Shown piece after piece: positions 9,861-19,830 of a stretch of 64,000 nt of DNA. The position numbers were made by a program, and so were the translations under genes. The stretch is from an uncultured Candidatus Rokubacteria bacterium (lineage in GTDB: Bacteria; Methylomirabilota; Methylomirabilia; Rokubacteriales; DASRDR01). The DNA lies in contig CAWDVE010000010.1 of NCBI GenBank assembly GCA_963805625.1, positions 1,568,001 through 1,632,000 on the forward strand. The letters run 5' to 3'. A model generated the notes under the pieces. The model searched no databases and was not told the origin of the DNA. It was given only the letters and a program-made list of their open reading frames with translations. The first letter of the stretch is position 1. Each line of letters opens with the position of its first letter.

Positions 9861-10742
9861 TCACGCCCCGCGGAGGCGGGGGTCGAGGGCGTCGCGAAGG
9901 CCGTCGCCGAGCAGGTTGAAGCCGAGGACCGCCAGCATGATGGCGAGCCCGGGGATCGTCGTGATGTGAGGCGTGATGAGGAGGAAATCACGCCCCGTCG
10001 CCACCATGAGCCCCCAGGACGGCGTGGGCGGCTGGACACCCAGCCCCAGGAACGACAGCGCCGCCTCGACCAGGATCGCGTTCGCCATGAAGAGCGTGCC
10101 GTACACGATCACGGTCGGCAGGATGTTCGGCAGGATGTGGCGGGTGACCAGCGCCGGCCCCGCCGCGCCGAGGGCGCGGGCCGCCCGCACGTACTCCGTC
10201 TCCGCGAGGGCGAGAACGGCGCCGCGGACGATCCGGGTGACGGGCGGCGTGCCCCAGATGCCGACCGCGATCGTCGTGTTGAGCGCCCCGGGCCCGAGCG
10301 CCGACACGACGGCGATCGCGAGCAGCAGGTAGGGAAACGCCAGCAGCACCTCGACGCCCCGCATGATGCCGCCGTCCACCCAACCCCCGAGGAAGCCAGC
10401 CAGGCTGCCGAGGACGAGCCCGAGACCCAGCGCGATCCCCACCGACACCAGGCCCACCACGAGAGCCACCCGGGCTCCGTAGATGACGCGGGAGAGGATG
10501 TCTCGCCCGAACTCGTCCGCCCCGAGGATGTACTTCCCGCCCGGCCGGGCGCGCTTCTCGAAGAGGCTCTGCTTCGCGGGGTCCTGAGGCGCCAGCCAGG
10601 GCGCCAGCACAGCCGCCGTCACGATCACCGCGACGATGAGAAGGCCGATCACCGCCAGGCGGTTCCGCCGGAACCGGCGCCAGGCGTCGCCGACGAGCGT
10701 GTCGGTCCGCTCGGCGACCGGCGCCAGCGTCTCGACGGCCAC
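9861..10742 (-). CDS. peptide ABC transporter permease (DppC family)
   Basis: LGADEFGRD, EAALSFLGLGV.PP.PSWG, GDGLRDALDPR; start approximate. Confidence 0.92.
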   Translation of the reverse strand: MAVETLAPVAERTDTLVGDAWRRFRRNRLAVIGLLIVAVIVTAAVLAPWLAPQDPAKQSLFEKRARPGGKYILGADEFGRDILSRVIYGARVALVVGLVSVGIALGLGLVLGSLAGFLGGWVDGGIMRGVEVLLAFPYLLLAIAVVSALGPGALNTTIAVGIWGTPPVTRIVRGAVLALAETEYVRAARALGAAGPALVTRHILPNILPTVIVYGTLFMANAILVEAALSFLGLGVQPPTPSWGLMVATGRDFLLITPHITTIPGLAIMLAVLGFNLLGDGLRDALDPRLRGA

Positions 10743-10899
10743 CCCGCTCACGAGGCCAGCCCCGGCGACCCGAACCAGAGTCGGTCGCGACGCGCGGCGG
10801 GCGACGTCGGCCGGGCCCGCCGCCAAGAATCCGAGAGAACCGAGACGCAGCAGCGCGTATGCCTCGTTCGGGGCCACGGCGACGAGCGCTGCAGGCAGG

Positions 10900-11685
10900 T
10901 CATCCGAGCATCCAGTGGCCGCCGTCGACGCTGATCGTCTGGCCGGTGACGTACCGGGCGTCGTCGGAGGCGAAGAACAGCACGGCGCGGGCGATATCCT
11001 CCGGCTCACCGAGCCGCCGGAGCGCGATCGAGTCGAGGAGCCGCCGCTGACCGGCCTCGCCCATGGCCTGCCACTGGCGCTCCGACGCCGGGTTCGAGCG
11101 GACGAAGCCCGGCGCCACGCAGTTGACGCGGATCCCGAACGCGCCGAGCTCACGCGCCGTCTGGCGCGTGAACCCGATCAGCCCCGCCTTGGCGCTCGCA
11201 TAGGCCTGGATCCCCGTGAGGCTGTAGGAGCGGCCCGCGCCCGACGAGATGTTCACGATGCTGCCGCGCCCGCGCGTCTTCATGGCGGGAACGGCCGCCC
11301 GCGTGAAGTGGAACGCGCCGTCCAGGTTCACCGCGAAGATCGCGCGCCAGGCCTCCTCGGAGACTTCCTCAACCGGCTTCATGGTCTGGCCGACGACCCC
11401 GCCGGCGCAGTTCACCAGGACGTCCAGCCGCTTCTCCGTGGCGACGAGCTCGTCGACGAACGCGGAGACGCGACGAGGATCGGTCACGTCCACGACGGCC
11501 ACGCGGCACGGCCCCTCGGCGCGCTCGCCCACCGCCCGGCGGGTCTCGCCCAGCTCGCGCTCGAGCACGTCGCACGCCCAGACCGACGCGCCCTCGCGCC
11601 CCAGCTCCACGGCGATGGCGCGCCCGATGCCGTGAGCCGCGCCGGTCACGATCGCCACCTCGCCGAGCAGCCGCCGCTCTCCCAT
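10900..11685 (-). CDS. short-chain dehydrogenase/reductase
   Basis: TGAAHGIG, NCAG, YASAK, VTGQTISVDGG. Confidence 0.93.
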   Translation of the reverse strand: MGERRLLGEVAIVTGAAHGIGRAIAVELGREGASVWACDVLERELGETRRAVGERAEGPCRVAVVDVTDPRRVSAFVDELVATEKRLDVLVNCAGGVVGQTMKPVEEVSEEAWRAIFAVNLDGAFHFTRAAVPAMKTRGRGSIVNISSGAGRSYSLTGIQAYASAKAGLIGFTRQTARELGAFGIRVNCVAPGFVRSNPASERQWQAMGEAGQRRLLDSIALRRLGEPEDIARAVLFFASDDARYVTGQTISVDGGHWMLG

Positions 11686-11689
11686 GTCC

Positions 11690-12613
11690 CTACCCCTGCC
11701 GCGACACGCGCGGATCGAGCACACCGTACGAGAGGTCCACGACCAGGTTGATCACGACGAACACCACGGCGAAGATCAGCACCGCGCCCTGGAGCAGGAT
11801 GTAGTCGCGGGCGAAGATCGCCTTGACCATGAGCCGGCCGAGGCCGGGCCAGGCGAAGACCGTCTCCGTCAGGACGGCGCCGCCCATCAGCTGGCCCGCC
11901 TGGAGGCCGACGAGCGTGAGGATCGGGATCGCCGCGTTCCGGAGGGCGTGCTTGGCCACCACGAGCCGCTCGCGCACGCCCTTCGCCCGGGCCGTCCGGA
12001 CGTAGTCCTCGCGGAGGACCTCGAGCACGCTCGACCGCGTCATGCGCGCGATCATCGCGATGGACGGAAGCGCGAGGGTCACGGCCGGCAGGACGAGGTG
12101 CGCGAGCGAGCCGACGCCGCCTACCGGCAGCAGGGGCAGCCAGAACGCGAAGACGACGATCATGACCAGGCCCGTCCAGAACACCGGCATCGACAGCCCG
12201 AACAGCGAGGAGAGCCGCGACAGGGCGTCGAAGAGCGAGTTGGGCCAGACCGCCGAGACGATCCCGGTCGCGACGCCGACCACGGACGCCAGTATCAGCG
12301 CCGCCGCCGTGAGCTGGAGCGTCGCCGGCCAGGCGTCTGCGAGCTCGTCCACCACCGGCCGGTTCTGCTGGATCGACCGGCCCAGGTCTCCCGTGGCGAC
12401 CTGGCCCAGATACCGCAGGTAGCGCACGATCAGCGGCCGGTCGAGGCCCAGGTGCTCGCGGAACCGGGCGATGTTCTCCTTCGTGCCCGCGTCGCCCAGC
12501 ATCAGCGCGACCGGGTCGCCCGGGATCAGATCCATGGTCAGCATAACGACGAACAGCACCCCCAGCAGAACCGGGATGGTCAGCAGGAGGCGCCGGACCG
12601 CGAAGATCAGCAT
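11690..12613 (-). CDS. peptide ABC transporter permease (DppB family)
   Basis: PGDPV, TARAKGV, ETVFAWPGLG. Confidence 0.93.
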   Translation of the reverse strand: MLIFAVRRLLLTIPVLLGVLFVVMLTMDLIPGDPVALMLGDAGTKENIARFREHLGLDRPLIVRYLRYLGQVATGDLGRSIQQNRPVVDELADAWPATLQLTAAALILASVVGVATGIVSAVWPNSLFDALSRLSSLFGLSMPVFWTGLVMIVVFAFWLPLLPVGGVGSLAHLVLPAVTLALPSIAMIARMTRSSVLEVLREDYVRTARAKGVRERLVVAKHALRNAAIPILTLVGLQAGQLMGGAVLTETVFAWPGLGRLMVKAIFARDYILLQGAVLIFAVVFVVINLVVDLSYGVLDPRVSRQG

Positions 12614-12688
12614 CGTTCAGGGCGGAAACGGGCGCGATCGCGGGGCCTGTCGCCACACGCGGTCGCGCCCGTTCCGTCTCGTACGTGG

Positions 12689-14287
12689 CTACTTGTCGAG
12701 CCAGGTCTTCCAGAGGCCGAGGTTGTACTCGACCGGGTGGACGACGAAACCCTTCACGTTCGCCCGGGTGAGGACGATCTCCTTGGTGTTGTAGACCGGA
12801 ACCCAGAGCGTGTCTTTGGCCAGGATGTCCTGGACCTCGCCGTAGAGTCTCTCCCGCTCCGTCTGGTTCAGGCTCCGACGGGCCGCCTCCAGCAGCTGGT
12901 CCACCTTCGGGTTCGCGTAGCCGCACCGGTTCCACCCGGTGGGAACCGCCTGTGAAGAGTGATACTGGGCAAAGAGGGAGTAGTCGGCATCGGCGTTGGT
13001 CGTGGCCCAGCCGAAGGTCCAATTATGCCGCCCCCACTCCGGCTTGCGATATTCGTTGAAGACCGTCGCCCACTCGCGGAACTCGACCTTGGCGTCGACT
13101 CCGACCTCCTTCCACATCTGCTGAATGGCCTCGGTGATCTCCCCATCCTTCGGGTAGCGGCCGCGCTGCGCCAGCCAGTTGAGCGTGAGCTTCTGTCCGC
13201 CCTTCTGGAGAATGCCGTCCGGCCCCGGGGTCCAGCCCGCCTGGGCAAGGAGCGCCTTGGCCTTGGCCCGATCGAACGGGAACAGCTGGTCGAACTGCAT
13301 GTCCTTGTAGCCGAAGACGCCGGGCGAGAGGACGGACTTCGGGGCGACGCCCAGACCCTCGACGATGTTGTCGATGATCGCCTTCCGGTCGACGGCCTGG
13401 AGGAGCGCTTGGCGCACCCGGACGTCGTCGAGAGGCGGCAAGCCCGCGTTCAGGCCGATGTACACGACCCGGAGGCCGGGCGTCTCGTGCACGGTGTACT
13501 TGGCGTCCTTCCGGAACGTCGGAAGCTGCGCCGGCGACGGGAACATGACCATGTCCGCGTCGCCGGTCTGGAGCGCGATCATCCGCGCCCCCTCCTCCGG
13601 CACCACCTTGAAGATGACGCGATCGAGGAGCGCCTTTTCCCCCCAGTAGTCGGGGTTCCGCTCGATGATGACGTGCGTGTTCGTCTTCCACTCAACGAAC
13701 TTGAACGGCCCGGTGCCCACGGGGGCGCGCAGGAAGCCCTCACCGAGCTTCTGGACGGCCGTCGGCGAGACGATGGACACGTACAGCATCGACATCGTGC
13801 GGAGGATCGGGCCGTAGGGCTCCTTGGTCACGATGTCAACGGTCAGGTCGTCGACGACCTCGGCTCCCGCAATCGGTCCGGCGAGGCTCGCCCAGCGCGC
13901 GGGCGGGGTGCTCTTGAACGCCCGGTCGAAGGTGAACTTGACGGCGGCCGCGTTGAAGGGTGTGCCGTCGTGGAACTTGACGCCCGGCCGCAGCTTGAAG
14001 CGCACCTTCGTCGGGGACATGACCTCGTAGCTGGTGGCCAGCCGCGGCTGGATCGTCATCTTCTCGTCGAGGTAGATGAGCGGCTCCAGGATGTTGTAGT
14101 AGACCCACGCGCCGGGGGCCGTGGTCTCGGTGTGGGGGTCGAGCGACACCGGGTCGGTCGGCCGGACGATCGTGAGCGTCCCGCCGCGCTTCTGCGCCTG
14201 AGCCGACCCAGCGAGGGCGATCAGCCCCACCGCGAGAACGACCGCCAGGACGGCCCGCCCGAGCGGCAGCCTCCTCCATCTACGCAT
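12689..14287 (-). CDS. family 5 ABC substrate-binding protein (DppA/GsiB-like)
   Basis: signal peptide, SLDP, LRPGVKFHDG, PVGTGPFK, VRVRQAL. Confidence 0.94.
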   Translation of the reverse strand: MRRWRRLPLGRAVLAVVLAVGLIALAGSAQAQKRGGTLTIVRPTDPVSLDPHTETTAPGAWVYYNILEPLIYLDEKMTIQPRLATSYEVMSPTKVRFKLRPGVKFHDGTPFNAAAVKFTFDRAFKSTPPARWASLAGPIAGAEVVDDLTVDIVTKEPYGPILRTMSMLYVSIVSPTAVQKLGEGFLRAPVGTGPFKFVEWKTNTHVIIERNPDYWGEKALLDRVIFKVVPEEGARMIALQTGDADMVMFPSPAQLPTFRKDAKYTVHETPGLRVVYIGLNAGLPPLDDVRVRQALLQAVDRKAIIDNIVEGLGVAPKSVLSPGVFGYKDMQFDQLFPFDRAKAKALLAQAGWTPGPDGILQKGGQKLTLNWLAQRGRYPKDGEITEAIQQMWKEVGVDAKVEFREWATVFNEYRKPEWGRHNWTFGWATTNADADYSLFAQYHSSQAVPTGWNRCGYANPKVDQLLEAARRSLNQTERERLYGEVQDILAKDTLWVPVYNTKEIVLTRANVKGFVVHPVEYNLGLWKTWLDK

Positions 14288-14363
14288 CGGTCTGTCTCCT
14301 CTTCTTCACGGCCGGCGCGCCTCGCGCCTTGCGGCGCTCGGGACGCGGCGGCCTCGGGTCTGG

Positions 14364-16115
14364 CTACGGGCCGAAGGCATCGATCACCCCGGCCGCCTCC
14401 TCGAGGGCGTGCACTACCCGGTTGCGCTCCCGGACGAGCGCGGCGGCAGCGAACCGGAACTCGTCGGACGACGGATCCAGGCCGGACAGCTCGCGGGCCC
14501 GCTGGAGTCCCGCGAGCGGCGGCACCGGGATCGCGAGGTCGTGGTGGAATCGGTCGCCGGTCGTGTAGAAGAGCGGGATCAGGACCCGCGACAGCGCGCC
14601 CATGGCGCGGTTGGCGGCCTCCACGCGGGCCGGATCGGCGTGCCCGCCGGCAGCGATGGCATCGACCGCCCCCGCGAACGCGCCGGTCCGCTCGGCGAAA
14701 TGCCGGGCGGCCCCGAGAGCCGGCACGGCATCCCACCGACCGCCGGCGGAGCCGAGCTCCTCCACGGTCGCCACGATGGCACGCGCGAAGCGCGTGTAGT
14801 CCAGCGGGAGGAGCGGCCCGCCGACGAGGCGCAGCGCCGCTGCCACGTACACGCGCGTATCCAGCGCGAGGACGTCGGCGTCGATCTTGTCGATCGTGTC
14901 CTCCCGCGTGTGCCACCACCAGGGAAAGCCCGCCGTGCCGAAGAGGCGCTCCATCCACCGGGAGAGGTCGGTGTCCTGGCGGGGAATCCCGGACAGCGAC
15001 ATCAGGGCCGACGGGATCCCGATCCCCCAGAACGACTGGTCGCCCGCGCGCGGGAAGCGCCGGGCCCGCGGGGTCTGGCCGGTGACGTCGTGCACCACCC
15101 CCTCCACGAAGCTCTGCGCGTCCTCCGTCGCGTGAACGACCGAGTAGTCGGTGGCGCCGCGGGCGCCTGTCGAGTCGATGTTCAGGTGCACCGCGCACCG
15201 CCGCTGGAGCTCCAGCCACGCGTGATCCGCGTACCACGTGGAGCCGGCGTAGCGCCCGTGGGAGTGACCCGACCAGAAGGCGAGCCGGAGCCCTCGCCGC
15301 AGGGCGCTCCGCCGCGTCGCCAGGAGCCGCGCCACCTCGAGCATCGTCGCGTTCGCGGTCCCGTTGTCCATGGCGCCGAAGTGCCAGCCGTCCACGTGCC
15401 CGGAGAAGAGGACGAAGCGGTCCTCGGCGGTCCCGTCGAGGTGCGCCGTCAGGTGCGGGATCGGCGACCAGCCCGTGCGCACCCGGGTCATGAGGCGTAC
15501 GCGGCCTCGGCCCTCCTGGATCAGCTTGCGAATGCGCTCACCATCGGTCCGGCGGACCGACAGGCACGGGGTGCGCGGGATGCGCCAGGCAGTGTCGGGC
15601 TCGGGCGTCCCCCAGATGGTGGTCACGATCATGTTGTGGAGGTGGTCGCGGTTGACGAAGATCTGCCCGACCGTCCCCGCCTCCTGCGCGGCCCACGCCT
15701 TGCCCGGTGTCGCCAGGCTGTCCAGGAGAGCGATCTTGCCCGCCGCGCGCCCGAAGTCCGCCGGGGTCCCGTCCCCAACGTCGACCACCTCGGCGTCGAG
15801 GCCGTCGGTCGAGGGCGAGAACGCGTGAGTGAGCCCCTCGATCACCGCACCGTCCGGAAGGACCACGCGGCCCTCCAGTGGCAGGCTGATGAAGGCCTCG
15901 ATCTCGCGGCGCTCGACGGCGTAGCCGTAGCTCTTGAGCGCCCGCTCAATGTGGTCATAGGCCTGCGCCTCGCCCGGAGTCCCGGACTCTCGCTCCCACG
16001 CGGCGATCGCGCGCGTGTGCGCCATCAAGGTCTCCGCCGACACGGCCGGCAGCAGGTCCGACTCGTGCGGGTTCCGGTAGCGCCAGTAGGGGGTCAGGCT
16101 CTGATCTCTAGACAC
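14364..16115 (-). CDS. M28 family metallopeptidase
   Basis: SGHVDGW, GAMDNGT, FWSGHSHG, NIDS, WWHTREDT. Confidence 0.85.
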   Translation of the reverse strand: MSRDQSLTPYWRYRNPHESDLLPAVSAETLMAHTRAIAAWERESGTPGEAQAYDHIERALKSYGYAVERREIEAFISLPLEGRVVLPDGAVIEGLTHAFSPSTDGLDAEVVDVGDGTPADFGRAAGKIALLDSLATPGKAWAAQEAGTVGQIFVNRDHLHNMIVTTIWGTPEPDTAWRIPRTPCLSVRRTDGERIRKLIQEGRGRVRLMTRVRTGWSPIPHLTAHLDGTAEDRFVLFSGHVDGWHFGAMDNGTANATMLEVARLLATRRSALRRGLRLAFWSGHSHGRYAGSTWYADHAWLELQRRCAVHLNIDSTGARGATDYSVVHATEDAQSFVEGVVHDVTGQTPRARRFPRAGDQSFWGIGIPSALMSLSGIPRQDTDLSRWMERLFGTAGFPWWWHTREDTIDKIDADVLALDTRVYVAAALRLVGGPLLPLDYTRFARAIVATVEELGSAGGRWDAVPALGAARHFAERTGAFAGAVDAIAAGGHADPARVEAANRAMGALSRVLIPLFYTTGDRFHHDLAIPVPPLAGLQRARELSGLDPSSDEFRFAAAALVRERNRVVHALEEAAGVIDAFGP

Positions 16116-16152
16116 GCAGCTCGCCTCCGCGTTCCGGGCAGTCTCTCGAACG

Positions 16153-17172
16153 TCACGACCTGACCCCGACCAGCTCGTCGAGGTTCTCCCACGCCATCGT
16201 CCGCCGCCCGGTCTCGATCTCCCCGATCAGCGCCAGCAGCCGGTGGGTCCGCGGGATCCGGAGGCCGTGGCGTTCGGCTCGTTCGAGTGTCGCGCCCAGG
16301 TGCGCCTCGACCTCCGTCTTCCGCTTCCGGACGACGAGGTCTCGCCAGATGCCCGTCTTGGTCTTCGTGTGACCCCGGTAGAACTTGGAGATGGCGGCCA
16401 TCGCGCGCGCGACGGCCCCCGTGTCTCCCGCATGGCCCGCGCGGTACCACGCGGGGTCGAACTCGTCGAAGGCCTCGAGGTGAACGGCCTCGGCCTCGGC
16501 GACCGCCATGCCCTCGGCCACCAGCGCGACCAGCATTCGCTGGATCTCGGGAGAGCGCTCGACGACCTCGTAGACGTGCGCGTCGACCAGCGCGGTAGCC
16601 ACCAGAAGCGCGCTGTAGACGTGCTTCGCCCACTTCAGGCCCCAGATGTTCGAGGTGACCTGGGTCGGCGTGACCGCGCCGAGCATGTCCGCCAGCTCCT
16701 TGGCACGCGGCGAGAGCTCCCCGTCCAGCTCCCCCACCGCGAACGTCCCCACGCCGCCGTGCTGGATCCGCCCCGGCGCTACCCAGTCCGCCGCCCAGTT
16801 GACGAGGCAGCCGACGGTCCGCGCCTCCCCCACCCGCGCCGCGATGGCAGACTCGTTCAGCCCGTTCTGCAGGGACACGACCGTCCCGCGCGCGTGGAGC
16901 CGGGGCACGATGCGGTCGAGTGCGGCTCCGGTGTGCTGCGCCTTGACGGCGAGCAGCACCAGATCGAGGCTCGCCGGCAAGGCGTCGGGGGTGACGGCCC
17001 GGACCGGCGCGGTCCAGACCCCGTCCGGCGTCACGATCGCGAGGCCGCCCTGGTTCATGGCCGCGACGTGGTCGGCCGCCTGGTCGACCAGCAGCACGTC
17101 GTGGCCGGCCCGCGTCAGCGACGCCCCCGTGACGCCTCCAATCGCGCCCGCCCCGACGATCGTGACAGCCAT
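16153..17172 (-). CDS. ketopantoate reductase (PanE/ApbA) family protein
   Basis: GAGAIGG, LAVKA, SLQNG, WAK, RKTEV; GAGGGG RBS before ATG at 17172. Confidence 0.88.
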   Translation of the reverse strand: MAVTIVGAGAIGGVTGASLTRAGHDVLLVDQAADHVAAMNQGGLAIVTPDGVWTAPVRAVTPDALPASLDLVLLAVKAQHTGAALDRIVPRLHARGTVVSLQNGLNESAIAARVGEARTVGCLVNWAADWVAPGRIQHGGVGTFAVGELDGELSPRAKELADMLGAVTPTQVTSNIWGLKWAKHVYSALLVATALVDAHVYEVVERSPEIQRMLVALVAEGMAVAEAEAVHLEAFDEFDPAWYRAGHAGDTGAVARAMAAISKFYRGHTKTKTGIWRDLVVRKRKTEVEAHLGATLERAERHGLRIPRTHRLLALIGEIETGRRTMAWENLDELVGVRS

Positions 17173-17296
17173 GCGCCCCTCTCTATCACAGGGCCCAGGG
17201 AGCGTCAACGCGACGGGCCCGTCGGCATATAATCGGGACGTTCTTGGCCCGTTGGGGCCCGTGGCCCGATCTGTCACTCGAGACCAGGAGAGTCCG

Positions 17297-18223
17297 ATGA
17301 AGCTCGTTCGCTACTCCGTGCGCGGCTCGTCCCCTCGCCTCGGCGCCCTCGTCGGCGACCGCATCCGCTGCCTGGGCGAGACCTATCACCGCTACCTCGC
17401 TGGCCGGGGGGTCGTGCGCGCGGGCGAGCTGGCCCACGCGCTGTTCCCGTCGAGCGCGCGCGAGTTCCTCCGGGCCGGGGCCGCCGCCGAGGATGCCCTC
17501 CGCGCGATGGACGACGCGGCCCGGGCCGGACGGCTGGACTGGCTCACGCATCCCGCCGCCGAGGCGCACCTCCACGCACCGATCCACGATCCCGAGAAGT
17601 TCCTCTGCATCGGGCTCAACTACATCGATCACGCCGAGGAGACCAAGAGCCCCATTCCCAAGGAGCCGCCTCTCTTCGCCAAGTTCCCGAACGCGATCGT
17701 GGACGCTGGCGCGCCGATCGTCCGTCCCAAGGGGTGCGAGAAGCTCGACTACGAGGTCGAGCTCGGGTTCGTGATGGGGCGCGAGGCGCGGGACGTCCCC
17801 GCCGAGCGTGCGCTCGACTACATCTGGGGCTACGTGGTCGTCAACGATGTGAGTGCGCGGGACTTCCAGCTGGTCACCTCCCAGTGGATGGCCGGCAAGG
17901 CCTGCGACACGTTCGCCCCCATGGGTCCCTGGATCGCCGACCGGGCCGAGATCCCCGACCCGCATGCCCTCGAGCTCCGCACCTGGGTGAACGGGACCAA
18001 GCTCCAGGACGGAAACTCGAAGAACCTCATCTACAATATCAACTACCTCGTCGCGTTCCTGTCCGCGAAGATGACGCTCCTCCCCGGCGACCTCGTCATC
18101 ACGGGAACCCCCGCCGGCGTGGGATTCACGCGAAAGCCCCCGATCCTCCTCAAGGGCGGCGACCGCGTGCGGATGGAGATCACAGGGCTCGGAACCCTGG
18201 ACAACCCCGTCGTCGAGGCCTGA
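17297..18223 (+). CDS. fumarylacetoacetate hydrolase family protein
   Basis: CIGLNYIDH, LDYEVEL, NDVSARD, GKACDTF, TGTPAGVG; AGGAG RBS; TATAAT at 17228-17233. Confidence 0.94.
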   Translation: MKLVRYSVRGSSPRLGALVGDRIRCLGETYHRYLAGRGVVRAGELAHALFPSSAREFLRAGAAAEDALRAMDDAARAGRLDWLTHPAAEAHLHAPIHDPEKFLCIGLNYIDHAEETKSPIPKEPPLFAKFPNAIVDAGAPIVRPKGCEKLDYEVELGFVMGREARDVPAERALDYIWGYVVVNDVSARDFQLVTSQWMAGKACDTFAPMGPWIADRAEIPDPHALELRTWVNGTKLQDGNSKNLIYNINYLVAFLSAKMTLLPGDLVITGTPAGVGFTRKPPILLKGGDRVRMEITGLGTLDNPVVEA

Positions 18224-18287
18224 GTCACCGGCCCACGGAGCCCAGAAACCCGGCAACCCAGGAGCTCACCGCCCAAGGGAAACCGCA

Positions 18288-18338
18288 ACGTCGGCTCGGA
18301 TCGCCAGGGCGGTGATCCCTGGCGCCCCGAGCTGACGT
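18288..18338. terminator. hairpin between convergent genes (terminator or REP-like)
   Basis: ACGTCGGCTCGG..CGCCAGGG-loop-CCCTGGCG..CCGAGCTGACGT. Confidence 0.5.
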
Positions 18339-18358
18339 CAGGTCCGTCTGCGCGACCT

Positions 18359-19807
18359 CTACTCCCCCAGCTCCCCGAGCAGCCGCGCCGTCGTGCGAAT
18401 CCCCTGGTAGAGGTGATCCAGCCGAATGTGCTCGTTCGGGCTGTGTTGCCGGTTGTTGGCGTTCGCGTAGGGCACGACGATCGTGGGAAGCCCGAGCAGG
18501 TCCGTGAACGCCCAGAGCGGCACGCTGCCGCCTGCGGTCGGCACGACGACGGCCGCCTGGCCATCGTGGGCCCGCTCGATGATCTCCACGACGCGCCGGG
18601 AGATCGGCAGGTTGGCCGGCGTCTTCGCGGGATCGTAGCCGTGGCGTTCGACGACCCGGACCGCTCGGCCCCTGAGGTCGTCCGGCAGCGGCGCGTCCGC
18701 CGACTCGATGACCGTGAAACCCTGCGCCCGGATGTGCTCGACGATCCGCCGGTACACGGCGTCGACCCGCTGGTTCTTCACGAGCCGGAGATCGATGGCG
18801 ACCGTCGCCCGGTGGGGGATGATCGTGTTCGCCTCGGCGCCGACGAATCCGGCCTGCAGGCCCCGGATCGTGAGCGTCGGCCGGAACATCAGACGCTCCA
18901 GGTAGTCTCCCGCGAGGCGCACGCCCAGCTCCCGCTCGAGGGCCGGCCGATCCAGCGGGATACGGTCGAGTAGCTCACGCTCGGCGGCGGTCGGCGGGAC
19001 CGCGTCGGCGCCCAGGCCCTCGATGAGCGGCGTCCCGTCCGGCGCCGCCATCGACGCGAGCAGCCCGGTCAGAATCCACGCCGGGTTCGGCACGCTGAAG
19101 TTCCCGGAATGGACATCGCGGCGAGCCGCCTCGAGCTCGAGCGTGAGGGCGAGAATCCCCCGGGCCCCGAACACGACCGTGGGCCGCTCGCTCGCGTCCT
19201 TGGGCCCGTCCGTCACGAGGACGAGGTCCGCGGCGAGGAGCTCGCGGTGGGCCGCGACGAAGCCCCCGAAGCCGGGGCTTCCGACCTCCTCCTCTCCCTC
19301 GAGCACGAGCTTCAGATTGACGCGAGGGGAGATGCCGAGCGCATCCATCAGCGCGAGGGCCTCGAGGTGCGCCCAGATCGGGCCCTTGTCGTCGGACGCC
19401 CCGCGCGCGTAGAGCCGATGCGCCGGCAGCGCGTCGTCGGGAACCTCGCCAGTCGCCACGACCGGAGCGCCTTCCTCGGCAAGGCCGGCGCGGAGGACCG
19501 GCTCGAACGGCGAGGGCTGGAGCCAGCCCGCGGGCGGGGCGGGCTTGGTGTCGAAGTGGCAGTAGATGAGAAGGGTCCGGGTCGCTCCGGGCACCAGCCG
19601 GGTGCCGAGCACGACGGGGTTCCCCGACGTCTCGAGCACGCGCGTCTCGAGTCCGCGCGCGTGCATGGCGTGGGCCAGCCAGGCCGCGCCGGCACGGACG
19701 CGCACCGGCTGCTGGCTGACCGTGTCGACCCGGAGACACTCGGTGAAGCGCTCGAGGATCTGGCGCCGTCGTGTCCGGAGCGCGCGGTCGAACGCCGGCC
19801 AGTCCAC
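18359..19807 (-). CDS. M20/M25/M40 family metallo-hydrolase
   Basis: YCHFDT, ARGASDDKG, EGEEEVGS, HSPNE; start approximate. Confidence 0.92.
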   Translation of the reverse strand: MDWPAFDRALRTRRRQILERFTECLRVDTVSQQPVRVRAGAAWLAHAMHARGLETRVLETSGNPVVLGTRLVPGATRTLLIYCHFDTKPAPPAGWLQPSPFEPVLRAGLAEEGAPVVATGEVPDDALPAHRLYARGASDDKGPIWAHLEALALMDALGISPRVNLKLVLEGEEEVGSPGFGGFVAAHRELLAADLVLVTDGPKDASERPTVVFGARGILALTLELEAARRDVHSGNFSVPNPAWILTGLLASMAAPDGTPLIEGLGADAVPPTAAERELLDRIPLDRPALERELGVRLAGDYLERLMFRPTLTIRGLQAGFVGAEANTIIPHRATVAIDLRLVKNQRVDAVYRRIVEHIRAQGFTVIESADAPLPDDLRGRAVRVVERHGYDPAKTPANLPISRRVVEIIERAHDGQAAVVVPTAGGSVPLWAFTDLLGLPTIVVPYANANNRQHSPNEHIRLDHLYQGIRTTARLLGELGE

Positions 19808-19830
19808 TGTGGTGACGAGGAACGGAGCGG

